64,000 nt of DNA, from contig CAZZKG010000014.1 in NCBI GenBank assembly GCA_964654825.1, positions 1,416 to 65,415 on the forward strand. The letters run 5' to 3'. Positions within the stretch are counted from its first letter, which is position 1. Each line of letters begins with the position of its first letter. Below are positions 48,976-59,593 of this stretch, piece after piece. The stretch is from an uncultured Gemmatimonadota bacterium. GTDB taxonomy: Bacteria; Gemmatimonadota; CAZMKB01. Below the pieces are notes generated by a model. It had not been told where the DNA came from, did not search any database, and saw only the letters and a list, made by a program, of their open reading frames with translations. Both the position numbers and the translations under genes were made by a program.

Positions 48976-51540
48976 TCAGCGGACCATGCTGCCGGGCGAG
49001 CCGACGGTAGCTGGTGAATCAGTTTTCAAACCCTTGCCGCCCGTGACAGTCTGTCTGTCAGAGCCGGGAAGGGTAACAAAATCGTTGTTCTCTGAACCGG
49101 TGACGCGCATAAAGCTGTTGTCCCCTGCGTACGCTGCCGCGTTGGGCAGGAGGATGTCCCAGTCGCCGCCGATCTGGAAGTAGGTCACGCCGAAATACAT
49201 GTTGAGCGCCACGACCCGGGGGGCCGCCGAATTGACGGCAACGCAGGGGTTCCCGTTGTCCCAGGAAGCGATGACATCACCATCCGGCTGGACCGGGGCG
49301 TCGACCGAATACGCCCCCTCGGTGAGAGTCGAAACACCCGCCATGATCGGGTGGCTCGGATCATAGGTGCCGAGGCTTACCGGAACTAAGTAGTTGTAGC
49401 CGACGCCCAGAGGGCTGTAGTCGCTCATAATGCGACCGCCGATCGCCCAGCTGCTTGTGAAGCTGAACTGCGAGAGAACAACCGCCCCGCCGAGATCGAC
49501 ATAATCGGCCAGGACGTCACCGATCGCTGCCGCATCGGCGAACGGGTAGTTTGACCAGACCTGGACCACATCATAAGGAAGCAGATCATCGAGAATGGGG
49601 GTGGAGGTTGAAACATCCATCACGTCCACACCGGTGAAACGTCCGTCGGCTAAAAGCGCACTCGATGCATTGCCGGCCTCGGACGTGGAGTAGTCCGACA
49701 GGAGGATCAGCACGCTGTATGGACCACCTCCGCCTTCACCCTGCTTGTAGACGTTGAACGAGCAGCTGTCTTCAGGTGCCGAAGGATAATCACCGAAATA
49801 GATCCTGTACTCGTACGATCCTTCAGGTGCTCCCGCCGGCACGTAGTGCGTCATACCCGTCACGCTTCTCACCTGATCGGGACCGAACGGAACATTATTG
49901 AACTGGAGGACCGGGCCATAGACGAATCCACCCGGCAGCCTGGCCATGGTCCACACATCGACCGACCGCGTCGAATCACAGTGGTTCGTGAGGGAAGCAT
50001 CGAACGAGAACGAACCGCCCTCCGGAGGAATGATGGCCGGCGGGTCATTGACGGAGCAGTTGAGCTCCCACCAGCATCCGCTGGCCCCGAGAACGTCCAG
50101 GGCCGCGTCGAGATCGATCAGGCCCCAGCCGTACGTGTTGTCCTCCCCGGTGCTGCCGAGGTCCTGGGCCGATTGCATGAGCGCGAACTTGACCTGCTCG
50201 CTCGTGGCGTTGGGATCGGCCTGACGAAGCACCGCTACCGCCCCCGCGACGTGTGGACACGCCATCGAGGTACCTGACATGGTTGTATACCCGCCGCCGG
50301 GATAGGAGGAGCGTACATCGACTCCGGGGGCCGAAACTTCCGGCTTGGTTGTTTCGCTTCCGCAGGCGCTGGGTGCCGGACCCTGACTCGAGAAATACGC
50401 TATCGGATCATTGCCGTAGTCCGCCCCGTCGATCGCGCCCGAGCAGAAGGAGTCATACGGGCTGCTGGCCCTGTTGGCGGGGTTGCGAATCGCGTTCGGT
50501 GGACTTGCACCCTCGTTGCCCGCCGCGAAGACGACAACGACACCCGCGGCTTCGCAGCCGTCGAGGGCACTCCAGAACATATTGTCGCAGGCGCCGCCCG
50601 GCAGGTAGTCGCTGTGATATATCGGAGATATACCCCAGGAGTTCGAGTTGACGTCGGGTACGTCGTCCACGGTACCCGGATCACCATCGGGATCGGCGGT
50701 CCACTGGAAAGCGGTGATGGCGTCGGCGATAGTCGTCGGTATGTCGACCCTGTCGATGACACCCGCCGATATCCATTCGGCATCATACGCCACGCCGATG
50801 TGATCATCAGTGTTGGTCTGATACCCACAGATGGTTCCCATCGTGTGAGTCCCGTGGCCACCGGAATCAAACGGGAATGTGGTCCCCGTCACCGGATCAT
50901 ACCAGCACTCACTCGATGGTGCGTGAGTTCCTCTCCAGCGAGCACTGAGAGCCTGGTGATTACCATCAACCCCGGTGTCGAGGTGGCTGACGAGCCGTCC
51001 GGCGCCCGTGTAGCCCCGAGCCCATGCCAGCGGTGCATTGATACGCTCGAGCCCTTCCTCGATCGAGGCGATGAGTTTCTCGGGCGCGGCATTTTCAGAA
51101 ACAGGCTGGATATTCTCGATCTCGTAGTCGAGATACATGTCACCCACATCGACACGATTCGACATCTGTTCCACAAACTCCTTCGTCGCATCCACCACGA
51201 CCAGGTTGTCGATCCATAGAGTCCTGTAATCTCTCACCCGGCCTTCCGCGATGCCGCTCTCCAGGTAAGCGACGAGACCACCCTGAGTGTCCCGGGCCTT
51301 CTTCATGAGCGCACGAACCACGACTTCATGACGATACTCACGCGTCGCGTGCATCCTGTTCAATTCACTGTTGAGAGCCGCAATGTCTACTTTGCTCTCT
51401 AGCATCACGACAGAGGAAATAAATTCATCCCCGGACATTTTGTCGAGCTGTGCACTGAGGTCAGGGGTGATGTACCCGGCCCGGGCTCCTCCGATGACCA
51501 GGAACATGAGTGTGAAGGTGAGCAATGATACCCGTTTCAT
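48976..51540 (-). CDS. Secreted subtilisin-like serine protease (S8 family) with N-terminal propeptide and long C-terminal extension
   Basis: Signal peptide MKRVSLLTFTLMFLVIGGARA. Catalytic motifs ...SHLDTGVD... (Asp), HGTHTMG (His), GTSMACPHVAGAVAVL (Ser). The track's 51597 start adds 19 aa ahead of the signal peptide. Confidence 0.85.
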   Translation of the reverse strand: MKRVSLLTFTLMFLVIGGARAGYITPDLSAQLDKMSGDEFISSVVMLESKVDIAALNSELNRMHATREYRHEVVVRALMKKARDTQGGLVAYLESGIAEGRVRDYRTLWIDNLVVVDATKEFVEQMSNRVDVGDMYLDYEIENIQPVSENAAPEKLIASIEEGLERINAPLAWARGYTGAGRLVSHLDTGVDGNHQALSARWRGTHAPSSECWYDPVTGTTFPFDSGGHGTHTMGTICGYQTNTDDHIGVAYDAEWISAGVIDRVDIPTTIADAITAFQWTADPDGDPGTVDDVPDVNSNSWGISPIYHSDYLPGGACDNMFWSALDGCEAAGVVVVFAAGNEGASPPNAIRNPANRASSPYDSFCSGAIDGADYGNDPIAYFSSQGPAPSACGSETTKPEVSAPGVDVRSSYPGGGYTTMSGTSMACPHVAGAVAVLRQADPNATSEQVKFALMQSAQDLGSTGEDNTYGWGLIDLDAALDVLGASGCWWELNCSVNDPPAIIPPEGGSFSFDASLTNHCDSTRSVDVWTMARLPGGFVYGPVLQFNNVPFGPDQVRSVTGMTHYVPAGAPEGSYEYRIYFGDYPSAPEDSCSFNVYKQGEGGGGPYSVLILLSDYSTSEAGNASSALLADGRFTGVDVMDVSTSTPILDDLLPYDVVQVWSNYPFADAAAIGDVLADYVDLGGAVVLSQFSFTSSWAIGGRIMSDYSPLGVGYNYLVPVSLGTYDPSHPIMAGVSTLTEGAYSVDAPVQPDGDVIASWDNGNPCVAVNSAAPRVVALNMYFGVTYFQIGGDWDILLPNAAAYAGDNSFMRVTGSENNDFVTLPGSDRQTVTGGKGLKTDSPATVGSPGSMVR

Positions 51541-51819
51541 AGAACTCCTCCTGAAAGTGATTTTCCCCGGGAATGCGCACGACAACGGCCGTTTCACTCT
51601 CGGGCCCGATACGGTCCGATGGGCCCCCTTATTTCGTAACCCTCCTTTCTTCCCTTGCTCTCTAAAGCGATACCCCCCCCCGCAATTTCAGATTTCACAG
51701 TATACCACAAAACACACTGATCTGTCAAACAGCCACCTTGAGGTTGTTGATTCTCAATAGTAATTTGAAGCAGGAGATGGAAGAGTCTGAAGGGATAATT
51801 TTAATACTACCGGCTCACG

Positions 51820-51848
51820 TTGACAGAAAGTTCGGGGGTGCATATTAT
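51820..51848 (+). promoter_or_regulatory. Near-consensus sigma70-type promoter upstream of the PorX-like gene
   Basis: TTGACA-N17-TATTAT, about 35 nt upstream of the GTG start at 51884. Confidence 0.45.
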
Positions 51849-51883
51849 TACGAGTACCGAACACAGAATGAAGGTGACCTGTC

Positions 51884-53455
51884 GTGGACGTTCCCATCAC
51901 AAGAAACAGGGTTCTCTGGGTGGACGACGAAGTCGACCTCCTGAAAGCTCACGTCATTTTTCTCGAGGAGAAGGGCTTTAGTCTCACCACCGCAACCAAT
52001 GGCGAAGACGCACTCATTCTCCTGAGGGAGCAGCCGTTCGACCTCGTTCTCCTCGACGAACAGATGACCGGGAAGAGGGGAATCGCAGTCCTCAGAGAGA
52101 TCAAGTTCGAGTTTCCGCATATTCCGGTCGTGATGGTCACCAAGAGTGAAGAAGAACAGATCATGAACGAAGCTATCGGGAGGAGGGTGGACGATTACAT
52201 TGTAAAACCTTTCAATCCTACCCAGCTGCTCTCCGTCTGTAAGCGGTTCCTGGAGGGGGGGAAGATGTCTCAGGAACGGCTCGTCCAGGATTTTGTCACC
52301 TCGTTCAGGGAACTTCAGGAACTCATCGGCTCCGATCTCGGTTGGAGAGACTGGGCTGAGCTATACCTCCGAATCATCCGGTGGGAGATGAACCTGAGAG
52401 AAATGGAAGAAGCGGGCCTCCTCGGTTCCATCTTCGATCTCAAGAAAGAATTCCGGACTAAATTTTCTCTGTACGTCTCCAGTAACTACAGAAACTGGCA
52501 GGAGACAGGGGCGGACCGGCCGGTTTTCTCCACCGACCTCGTAAAAAAGTACGTGTACCCGACCATTGCCAGTCACGGCCGTGTCATCTTCATCATCATC
52601 GATTGTCTGCGGCTCGACCAGTGGGAGGTTCTGCTTCCCGAGATCAATCAGTTATTCGACGTACGATCTGAGCTCTATTACTCGATCCTGCCGTCGGCAA
52701 CTCCGTATTCGAGGAACGCCATATTCAGCGGTCTCCTGCCGCTGGAAATTCACCGGAAACATCCCCAGTACTGGGACCTCGAGGCTGACGATGAAGTGAG
52801 CCTGAACCGGTTCGAAAAGGAGCTCTTCAGCGAACAGATGGGACGGCTCGGATACGAGCACAACAGGCAGATCAGATTCGAGCGGGTCCTCACCAAGGGG
52901 GACGGGCAGGCGCTCTCCAAGAGGCTGCCTGATCTCCTCAAAAGTAATCTCGTGACGGTCGTATACAACTTCATCGATATCCTTACCCACGGCAGGTCGG
53001 AATCCGACATTCTCCTCGAAATGGTTCCCGATGAGGAGGCCATGAGATCCATGGCGAAGACCTGGTTTCTCCACTCGAGCATCTACGAGCTTATCAGGGG
53101 AGCGGCACACGAGGGTATACCGGTCATCGTGACCAGCGATCACGGCTCAGTCCACTGTTTCCACCCCCTCGTCGTCTACGCAAAGCGTGACGCTTCGACC
53201 AACCTGCGGTACAAGTTTGGAGAAAACCTCCGGGCCGACGGGAAAGAAGTCTACTCCGAGAAAAAACCCGAATCAATAGGCCTTACCACGAAAGGCCTCA
53301 ACATGAATTTCCTCTTCGCCATGGAAGACAGCTATTTTGTCTATCCCACCAAACTTCGCGAGTATCAAAACCGGTACTACGGGAGTTTCCTCCACGGGGG
53401 GATATCCCCTGAAGAGCTCATCCTTCCCATCTCCCTCCTCACCCCGAGGACCTGA
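51884..53455 (+). CDS. porX: PorX-like response regulator: CheY-like receiver domain fused to a PglZ (alkaline-phosphatase-superfamily) effector domain
   Basis: REC domain VLWVDDEVDLL...FDLVLLDEQMTG...VVMVTKSEEEQ... (phospho-acceptor Asp in LLDEQM). Length 523 aa and the C-terminal PglZ region match the T9SS regulator PorX architecture. Three T9SS-CTD cargo genes lie in the same window. Confidence 0.75.
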   Translation: MDVPITRNRVLWVDDEVDLLKAHVIFLEEKGFSLTTATNGEDALILLREQPFDLVLLDEQMTGKRGIAVLREIKFEFPHIPVVMVTKSEEEQIMNEAIGRRVDDYIVKPFNPTQLLSVCKRFLEGGKMSQERLVQDFVTSFRELQELIGSDLGWRDWAELYLRIIRWEMNLREMEEAGLLGSIFDLKKEFRTKFSLYVSSNYRNWQETGADRPVFSTDLVKKYVYPTIASHGRVIFIIIDCLRLDQWEVLLPEINQLFDVRSELYYSILPSATPYSRNAIFSGLLPLEIHRKHPQYWDLEADDEVSLNRFEKELFSEQMGRLGYEHNRQIRFERVLTKGDGQALSKRLPDLLKSNLVTVVYNFIDILTHGRSESDILLEMVPDEEAMRSMAKTWFLHSSIYELIRGAAHEGIPVIVTSDHGSVHCFHPLVVYAKRDASTNLRYKFGENLRADGKEVYSEKKPESIGLTTKGLNMNFLFAMEDSYFVYPTKLREYQNRYYGSFLHGGISPEELILPISLLTPRT

Positions 53456-53459
53456 TAGC

Positions 53460-54569
53460 ATGCTGAAGAGCCTGGAAAAGAAGTGTAAGAAGCTTCTCTC
53501 GGGGCTCGTGAAGATGCTGCTCGATGAAGGTGCTCCTCCAGAGAAAATTCCCTCCCCGGGGGACCTGAAGAATGTTCTCGTCATCAGGCACGACAATAAA
53601 ATCGGTAATCTCCTCCTCATCACTCCATTTCTCAGCGAGCTAAGGAAGGCATTTCCCGATTCGTCCATCTCAATTCTCGTTAGCGAGGCGTACCCGGAAA
53701 TTTTCGAAGAGAATGATGACATCGATCACGTAATCCTCTATCACAAATCGAACCTCAAGCGATATCCCTGGAAAGCTTTCGGTCTCTATAGACTCCTGAG
53801 AGGCGCTCATTACGACCTCGCCATCGACGCGAGTCACCCACACTCGTTCTCCTTCACTTCGGCGATTCTTACGCGACTCTCCGGTGCACCGAACAGGCTG
53901 GGGTTCGACAGGGGAGATGCACGATACTACATCAACCTGCCGGTACCAATGCCGGCGGAAAGGCAGCACGAGTCCGACATCATTCTGAGCCTTCTTTACC
54001 ATCTCGGCACGAGTCCTGTATCAGGTCCTCTGAAGTACACGGTGCGAAAGGACGAGCTCGCCTGGGCGGACATTGAGCAATCGAGGCTAGGCTGCAAAGC
54101 GGATGAGCCCGTCATCGGGATCTTTGCCGGTGGAAGAGGAAGTAAGAAAATCGCATTCGAGGTGTACGCTGATATCGCCCGGATTCTCGAGGACAATGAT
54201 CCCGGTACGATCGTATTCTTCCTCGGGCCCCTCGAACAGGGTGAGCGAGCCCTGTTTCGGGAGATCGTGGGTGAGGACCGGACCATCGCACCGCAGTATC
54301 CTCTCAGAAAATTCGCGGCACTCCTCACGTCTCTCAGTGTGTTTGTGACACCGGATTCAGGTCCCATGCATCTCGCCGGTGCTCTTGATGTCCCGGTCGT
54401 GGCGATCTTCAGGGAGGACAGGGCATGGCGTTACGGACCACGTGCAGCCCACGACACGGTGCTCTTCTATCCGGAAGAGATCAACAGCAGGGAGGTCTGC
54501 AGCACAATCATCCGGACCCTTCAGGGGCACAGGAAGGCCCGTTCCGACGAGGCGCTGCATGGATCGTAA
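53460..54569 (+). CDS. GT9 glycosyltransferase (LPS heptosyltransferase family)
   Basis: ...VLVIRHDNKIGNLLLITPFLSELRKAFPDSSISILV... and ...FVTPDSGPMHLAGALDVPVVAIF... . Internal start after the PorX stop; the track's 53337 start overlaps porX. Confidence 0.75.
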   Translation: MLKSLEKKCKKLLSGLVKMLLDEGAPPEKIPSPGDLKNVLVIRHDNKIGNLLLITPFLSELRKAFPDSSISILVSEAYPEIFEENDDIDHVILYHKSNLKRYPWKAFGLYRLLRGAHYDLAIDASHPHSFSFTSAILTRLSGAPNRLGFDRGDARYYINLPVPMPAERQHESDIILSLLYHLGTSPVSGPLKYTVRKDELAWADIEQSRLGCKADEPVIGIFAGGRGSKKIAFEVYADIARILEDNDPGTIVFFLGPLEQGERALFREIVGEDRTIAPQYPLRKFAALLTSLSVFVTPDSGPMHLAGALDVPVVAIFREDRAWRYGPRAAHDTVLFYPEEINSREVCSTIIRTLQGHRKARSDEALHGS

Positions 54570-55707
54570 GCTCACGATTGTCGAGACCGCCGCCCTCCCC
54601 TGGTGGAATGCGAGTGCGTATTACGCGGTCGAGCTCTCGAGAGGACTGTTGAAAAAAGGACACCGGGTACTCTTTCTCGGTATCCCGGGGAGCCCTCCCT
54701 TCGTGAAAGCCAAAGGCTATGGAATCGAAGTCGTAGAGGCGATCGACCTGAGACGCAATAGTCCCATCGGGTTCTTCACAAATATCAGCAATCTCGTGAA
54801 ACTGTTTTCCAGACTGAAACCCGATGTCATCAACGCTCATCAGGGTGAGGGTCACCTCCTGTGCACACTGGCCTCAAGGATGACTCCCGGGAGACCGGTG
54901 ATCGTGAGAACGCGGGCCGATATCAGAAGGCCGAAAACGCACCCCTTCGGCAGGCTCCTCTATGAAAAGTTCACGGACGCGATCGTGACGAGCGGTGAGT
55001 TTATGAAGTGTGAGGGCTACTTCGACGGATTCTCCCTCCCCCTCGAAATGGTGCATAACATCTATGCAGGTGTGGACACGGATATTTTTCGACCGGGACG
55101 GGAGAAGAGCGTTATTAGAAGGGAACTCTCGATCCGGGATGATGCAATTCTCTTCGGTATCATCGGAAGGTTATCCCGCGTGAAGGGGCACCACACGTTT
55201 CTGAAAGCGGCCGCGAAGGTCGCGCAGGAAGTTGACCGGGTGAATTTCCTGATCGCCGGAGAAGAAGCACAGGTTTCGAGAGAAACCCTCATCAACACAG
55301 CGATAGCAGGGAGAATCGGGAGAAGAGTGCACTTTCTTGGTAAGTATCCGGATGTGAAGCCTATTATAGAAGCGATTGACATCGGTGTCATCGCCTCGCT
55401 AGGGTCCGAGGCGGTGTCGAGAGCCGCTATCGAATTCATGGCAATGGGGAAACCGGTGATATCGACATCAGTCGGTGTACTGCCTGAAATCGTACGTGAC
55501 GGGGAGACCGGATTCCTCCTCCAGCCCGGGGATGAAGATGCGATTGCCCGGGCGATGCTCGAGCTCCTCAATAATCCCGGGAAGAGAGACCGGATGGGTG
55601 CCGCCGGAAGAAAGCACGTGCTCGAACGCTTCTCGCTGGAGGGGATGACGACCAGGACCGAACAAGTATACTTCGAACTGATCGACAATCACCGTCGGAG
55701 GGTATGA
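54559..55707 (+). CDS. GT4 glycosyltransferase
   Basis: ...SLGSEAVSRAAIEFMAMGKPVISTSVGVLPEIV...GETGFLL... . The internal Met start overlaps the GT9 stop by ~11 nt. Confidence 0.75.
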   Translation: MDRKLTIVETAALPWWNASAYYAVELSRGLLKKGHRVLFLGIPGSPPFVKAKGYGIEVVEAIDLRRNSPIGFFTNISNLVKLFSRLKPDVINAHQGEGHLLCTLASRMTPGRPVIVRTRADIRRPKTHPFGRLLYEKFTDAIVTSGEFMKCEGYFDGFSLPLEMVHNIYAGVDTDIFRPGREKSVIRRELSIRDDAILFGIIGRLSRVKGHHTFLKAAAKVAQEVDRVNFLIAGEEAQVSRETLINTAIAGRIGRRVHFLGKYPDVKPIIEAIDIGVIASLGSEAVSRAAIEFMAMGKPVISTSVGVLPEIVRDGETGFLLQPGDEDAIARAMLELLNNPGKRDRMGAAGRKHVLERFSLEGMTTRTEQVYFELIDNHRRRV

Positions 55708-55735
55708 TCTCCCGGCATGGATCTGTGAGAAGCCT

Positions 55736-56584
55736 TTGACTTCGACAAACGAAAAAGGATATTATAGAGAGGTTGAATCACCGCAGGAGGGGATCGAGCA
55801 CGAAATGGACCGGGAAAGCATCACGGCTATCATAATGACCTTCAACGAAGAGCACAATATCCAGGCGTGCCTCGAGACACTGGACTGGGTGGACGAGCTC
55901 ATAGTCGCCGACACGGGCAGCACCGACCGCACTATCGAACTGGCTCGTTCATACACGGACAGGATACTGGAGCTCCCGTGGTATGGGTATGGACCTACTC
56001 GCAACCTGGCCCGCAAAGAAGCGACCTCGGACTGGATATTATTCATCGACGCCGACGAGAGAGTAACTGATGATCTGAGAGAATCGATCCTGACAGTGCT
56101 CTCTGCCTGGGACTACCGGTACAACTCGTACAGGATCCCCCGCAGATCGAACTTCGTGGGCAGGTGGATAAAAGGCTGCGGTTGGTATCCCGGGTATGTG
56201 TTACGGCTCGCGAGAAAAGACGAAGGACAATACACAGATGCTTCCGTCCACGAGTCTCTCGAAGTCGAGGGCAAGACTGGCACACTGAAAGCCGACCTGC
56301 TCCACTACACCGATCCGGACCTCGAGCATTACTTCAAAAAATTCAACCTCTATACGACTCTCGCGGCGGATGACATGGTGAGGGACGGTAAGAAGCCGAG
56401 ATTTTACAAACTCTTCATCAATCCCATCGTAACGTTTTTCAGGATGTTTTTCCTGAAGCGCGGTTTCTGTGACGGGTTCGAGGGATTCACGCTCTGTGTT
56501 TTTTCTTCCTTCTATGTGTTCACGAAATATACGAAAGCTATCTTCGCCTGGAGAGACAGGAAAGAGAGTCCTGATGATCAGTGA
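55736..56584 (+). CDS. GT2 glycosyltransferase (LPS core-type)
   Basis: ITAIIMTFNEEHNIQACLETL...ELIVADTGSTDRT...ILFIDADERV. The start may be the downstream MDRESITAII. Confidence 0.75.
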   Translation: MTSTNEKGYYREVESPQEGIEHEMDRESITAIIMTFNEEHNIQACLETLDWVDELIVADTGSTDRTIELARSYTDRILELPWYGYGPTRNLARKEATSDWILFIDADERVTDDLRESILTVLSAWDYRYNSYRIPRRSNFVGRWIKGCGWYPGYVLRLARKDEGQYTDASVHESLEVEGKTGTLKADLLHYTDPDLEHYFKKFNLYTTLAADDMVRDGKKPRFYKLFINPIVTFFRMFFLKRGFCDGFEGFTLCVFSSFYVFTKYTKAIFAWRDRKESPDDQ

Positions 56585-56586
56585 CT

Positions 56587-57759
56587 TTACAGAGGTTCTT
56601 GATCCCCGGAGGAGATAATAAAAAGGCCTGCAAGGAAAAAGAAATCCATACCGGCAGATGGTCCCATCAACTGGGTATCGAACAGATTTCCGACGAGGAA
56701 CCCGATGTAACCCCAGAAGAGTGCCCGAGATAAACCGTCTCCGCACCAGAGCTTCTTCGCAAGTGCCAGTAACATCCAGAGAAACAATCCGAGTCCGATC
56801 ACCCCGTCTTCGGCAACAATAGTCGCGTACACATTGTGCAGGTGTTTCATCGTTCCGCTGCTCGCGTCGATGAAGAGCCCAAGAGATGTAGCCTTTTCCA
56901 GGTACTCTGGATGGAGAACTAGCTGACCGGGTCCCAGCCCGGCAAGCGGGTGTTCCGCCAGTATCCATCCACACACACGCAGGCTGTTCACTCGCGAGAC
57001 TATTGATTGATCTGAAGTTATTGTGTGTTCGATACGGCTATGGATACCGGGGACAACAAGGATGAGGACGACGAAGACAAACAGAGCCAATATAGACAGA
57101 ACGATGCGGATATGTCTCTGCTTGAGTTCAGTCACCATGAGTCCTGTGACGGCAGGGATAAAAGCGATGTAATATCCCCTCGAGCCGGACAGGACAAGCC
57201 CCGCAAGCAGAAGGACAGCAGCAGCCCACCAGGTCTTACGTCTCGAAGCGGCTGCTTTATAAAGAATGACCGGGAGGATGACGACCATGCACGAAGCGAA
57301 ATCGTTGTGATGGTGGAGTGCCCAGATCATACCTTCCTTCCAGAGCTCCCGGGTGATTTCGTAGTTCCCCGGCAAGAGCCCCAGTCCGACAAAGATAGAA
57401 GCCGCGATGAGGATGAGCCAGGCACTGACGTATATCAGGAATAGACTGTCTCTCTTCCGCGTTATCGCAAGCCCTGCCGCGAATGGGAGTATCCAGCTGA
57501 GGAAAACATCAGGGATTTCAAGCAGACCACTAACGGGTGCCGGGAGGAAGAGCGAGCGGATCCCGTAAAAAAAGACCAGTCCGAGAAGGGGGATAAAAAC
57601 AGCCGCACCGGTTTTCCAGATGCGTTTCTCGAAGAGTGCCGGGAGAGAGAGAATACCCCCTACGTAACCGGGCAGGTGAGCAAAAGGCATCCCGGCAGCA
57701 AAGAGAAAACCTGCGAGGTATTTTCTCACTCGCTCAAAAGTAGAGTCGGAATCCTTCAC
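56587..57759 (-). CDS. O-antigen ligase / polymerase family membrane protein (WaaL/Wzy-like)
   Basis: ~10 TM helices with a large periplasmic loop carrying ...SGSRGYYIAF...; Wzy_C-like topology. Confidence 0.65.
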   Translation of the reverse strand: MKDSDSTFERVRKYLAGFLFAAGMPFAHLPGYVGGILSLPALFEKRIWKTGAAVFIPLLGLVFFYGIRSLFLPAPVSGLLEIPDVFLSWILPFAAGLAITRKRDSLFLIYVSAWLILIAASIFVGLGLLPGNYEITRELWKEGMIWALHHHNDFASCMVVILPVILYKAAASRRKTWWAAAVLLLAGLVLSGSRGYYIAFIPAVTGLMVTELKQRHIRIVLSILALFVFVVLILVVPGIHSRIEHTITSDQSIVSRVNSLRVCGWILAEHPLAGLGPGQLVLHPEYLEKATSLGLFIDASSGTMKHLHNVYATIVAEDGVIGLGLFLWMLLALAKKLWCGDGLSRALFWGYIGFLVGNLFDTQLMGPSAGMDFFFLAGLFIISSGDQEPL

Positions 57760-57891
57760 ATACTGATCCTTCCAGCATCGAGGACAGCGATCAACTGCAG
57801 AAGAACAGTGTCACAGGAAGCTCGACGTTCATATTGACTTGATGAACAGAAATCTAAATATTTACTGAAATCCACCCAAATTCAAGGGGAA

Positions 57892-58809
57892 ATGATGCAT
57901 CTTTCCGGTTTCTCTGTCGCCAGGAACGCCATCGATCTCGATTACCCCATCGAAGAGGTCATTAAATCGATCCTGCCTGTTGTCGACGAATTCGTCATCG
58001 CTCTGGGTGATTCGTACGATAACACGACAGAGATCATTCGATCCATGGCAGACTCCAGGTTGAAAATCCTCGAGCGGGAATGGGACAACACACTTTTTGA
58101 CCATGGTGCCATCCTTGCTCACGAGACGTCTGCAGCCCTCGAGGAGTGCACCGGGGACTGGTGCATCTACCTCCAGGCGGATGAGGTGATTCATGAGAAA
58201 TTCCTGCCGGTAATCGTCGAGGCCTGTCGAAAATATATGGACGATGAAAGGGTTGAAGGGTTCCTCCTCTCATACAAGCACTTCTGGGGTGATCACTTTC
58301 ATTACCAGAAGGCACGTAACTGGTACCGAAGAGAGATACGGGTTGTCAGAAACGACATCGGAGTCCGTTCCTGGAAAAGTGCCCAGGGTTTCCGAATTGA
58401 CGGGAGGAAACTGAACGTCATCCTCATTCCCGCAGAGGTATACCATTACGGCTGGGTCCGGGACCCTCTCCGGATGAAGAGAAAACGCATCGCACACGAT
58501 TCACTTCATCACGACAAAGTGTGGGTGGATAATCAATACAGGGGTAACGGCCATGAAAAACCCTTCGAGTTTGGATCACTCCGAAATCTTGAGCTTTTCA
58601 CCGACACACCACCAGCTGTAATGAAAAACCGTATAGAGTCCCGCGAATGGAAGATCAGAGAAAATCCAGCCGTCAAACATGAGCACGATCACCTTTTAGT
58701 GAGAATCCTTTCAACTGTGGAGAGATTCCTCGGCTTCCGATTCGGCGAGTACAGGAACTACAAACTCATCGGAAGAGACGAGGATCTTTCCCGTCACATC
58801 AAACGCTGA
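57892..58809 (+). CDS. GT-A-fold (family 2-like) glycosyltransferase
   Basis: LSGFSVARNAIDLDYPIEEVIKSILPVVDEFVIALGDSYDNTTEII and the DxD-like YLQADEV. Confidence 0.5.
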   Translation: MMHLSGFSVARNAIDLDYPIEEVIKSILPVVDEFVIALGDSYDNTTEIIRSMADSRLKILEREWDNTLFDHGAILAHETSAALEECTGDWCIYLQADEVIHEKFLPVIVEACRKYMDDERVEGFLLSYKHFWGDHFHYQKARNWYRREIRVVRNDIGVRSWKSAQGFRIDGRKLNVILIPAEVYHYGWVRDPLRMKRKRIAHDSLHHDKVWVDNQYRGNGHEKPFEFGSLRNLELFTDTPPAVMKNRIESREWKIRENPAVKHEHDHLLVRILSTVERFLGFRFGEYRNYKLIGRDEDLSRHIKR

Positions 58810-58907
58810 TCGGGCAGAAGGCTGTTATCTCTCTCGCCCATTGCAAAACAACAGATTTGTGCTCATTAGATAGGAGAGAACCGGCAATTTGCGAGGAAGG
58901 GTTTCTC

Positions 58908-59495
58908 ATGAAGACATCACGACACAGTTTTATCTTTTTTCTCATTATTTTGTTTACAGGTGCGAACGGAGTGCTTATGGCACAAAAAGAAGCGAAAAAT
59001 GATCCGCAGGGAGAAGTGGCAGTTTTCGGTGCCGGATGTTTCTGGGGTGTCGAGGAAATCATGAGAAATATTCCCGGTGTACTCGAGACGACCGTAGGGT
59101 ATTCAGGAGGGACGACGGCCGATCCCACGTACCGGGAGGTGTGTACAGGTACTACGGGTCACGCGGAGGCTCTCCGTATCGAATTCGATTCATCGAAGGT
59201 GAGCTATGAGACACTCCTGGACTATTTCTTCCGGCTTCACGATCCGACGACTCTCAACCGGCAGCACAATGACGCAGGAACCCAGTACCGGTCGGTGATT
59301 TTCTACCGAGACGAAACACAGAAACGCCTTGCTTATGAGAAAAGAGCCAAAGTCGATGCTTCGGGCGTGTGGAAGAACCCCGTGGTGACGGAGATCGTTG
59401 AGGCAAAGCCTTTCTACCCGGCCGAAGAGTATCATCAGGATTATCTTCAGAAGAATCCGGAGGGATACACCTGTCACTACCTGAGGGATCGGTAG
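58908..59495 (+). CDS. msrA: Peptide methionine-S-sulfoxide reductase MsrA, secreted/periplasmic form
   Basis: Signal peptide MKTSRHSFIFFLIILFTGANGVLMA, the active site AVFGAGCFWGVEE and ...YHQDYLQKNP... . Confidence 0.85.
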   Translation: MKTSRHSFIFFLIILFTGANGVLMAQKEAKNDPQGEVAVFGAGCFWGVEEIMRNIPGVLETTVGYSGGTTADPTYREVCTGTTGHAEALRIEFDSSKVSYETLLDYFFRLHDPTTLNRQHNDAGTQYRSVIFYRDETQKRLAYEKRAKVDASGVWKNPVVTEIVEAKPFYPAEEYHQDYLQKNPEGYTCHYLRDR

Positions 59496-59593
59496 CGAGT
59501 GCACCGTCCGATCACACAGTCCCAAGACATTCATCAGCTGAAATTCCTTTCTATCGGAAGCTGTTTTCTCTCTTCCGCTTTTAAGGAGTAACC

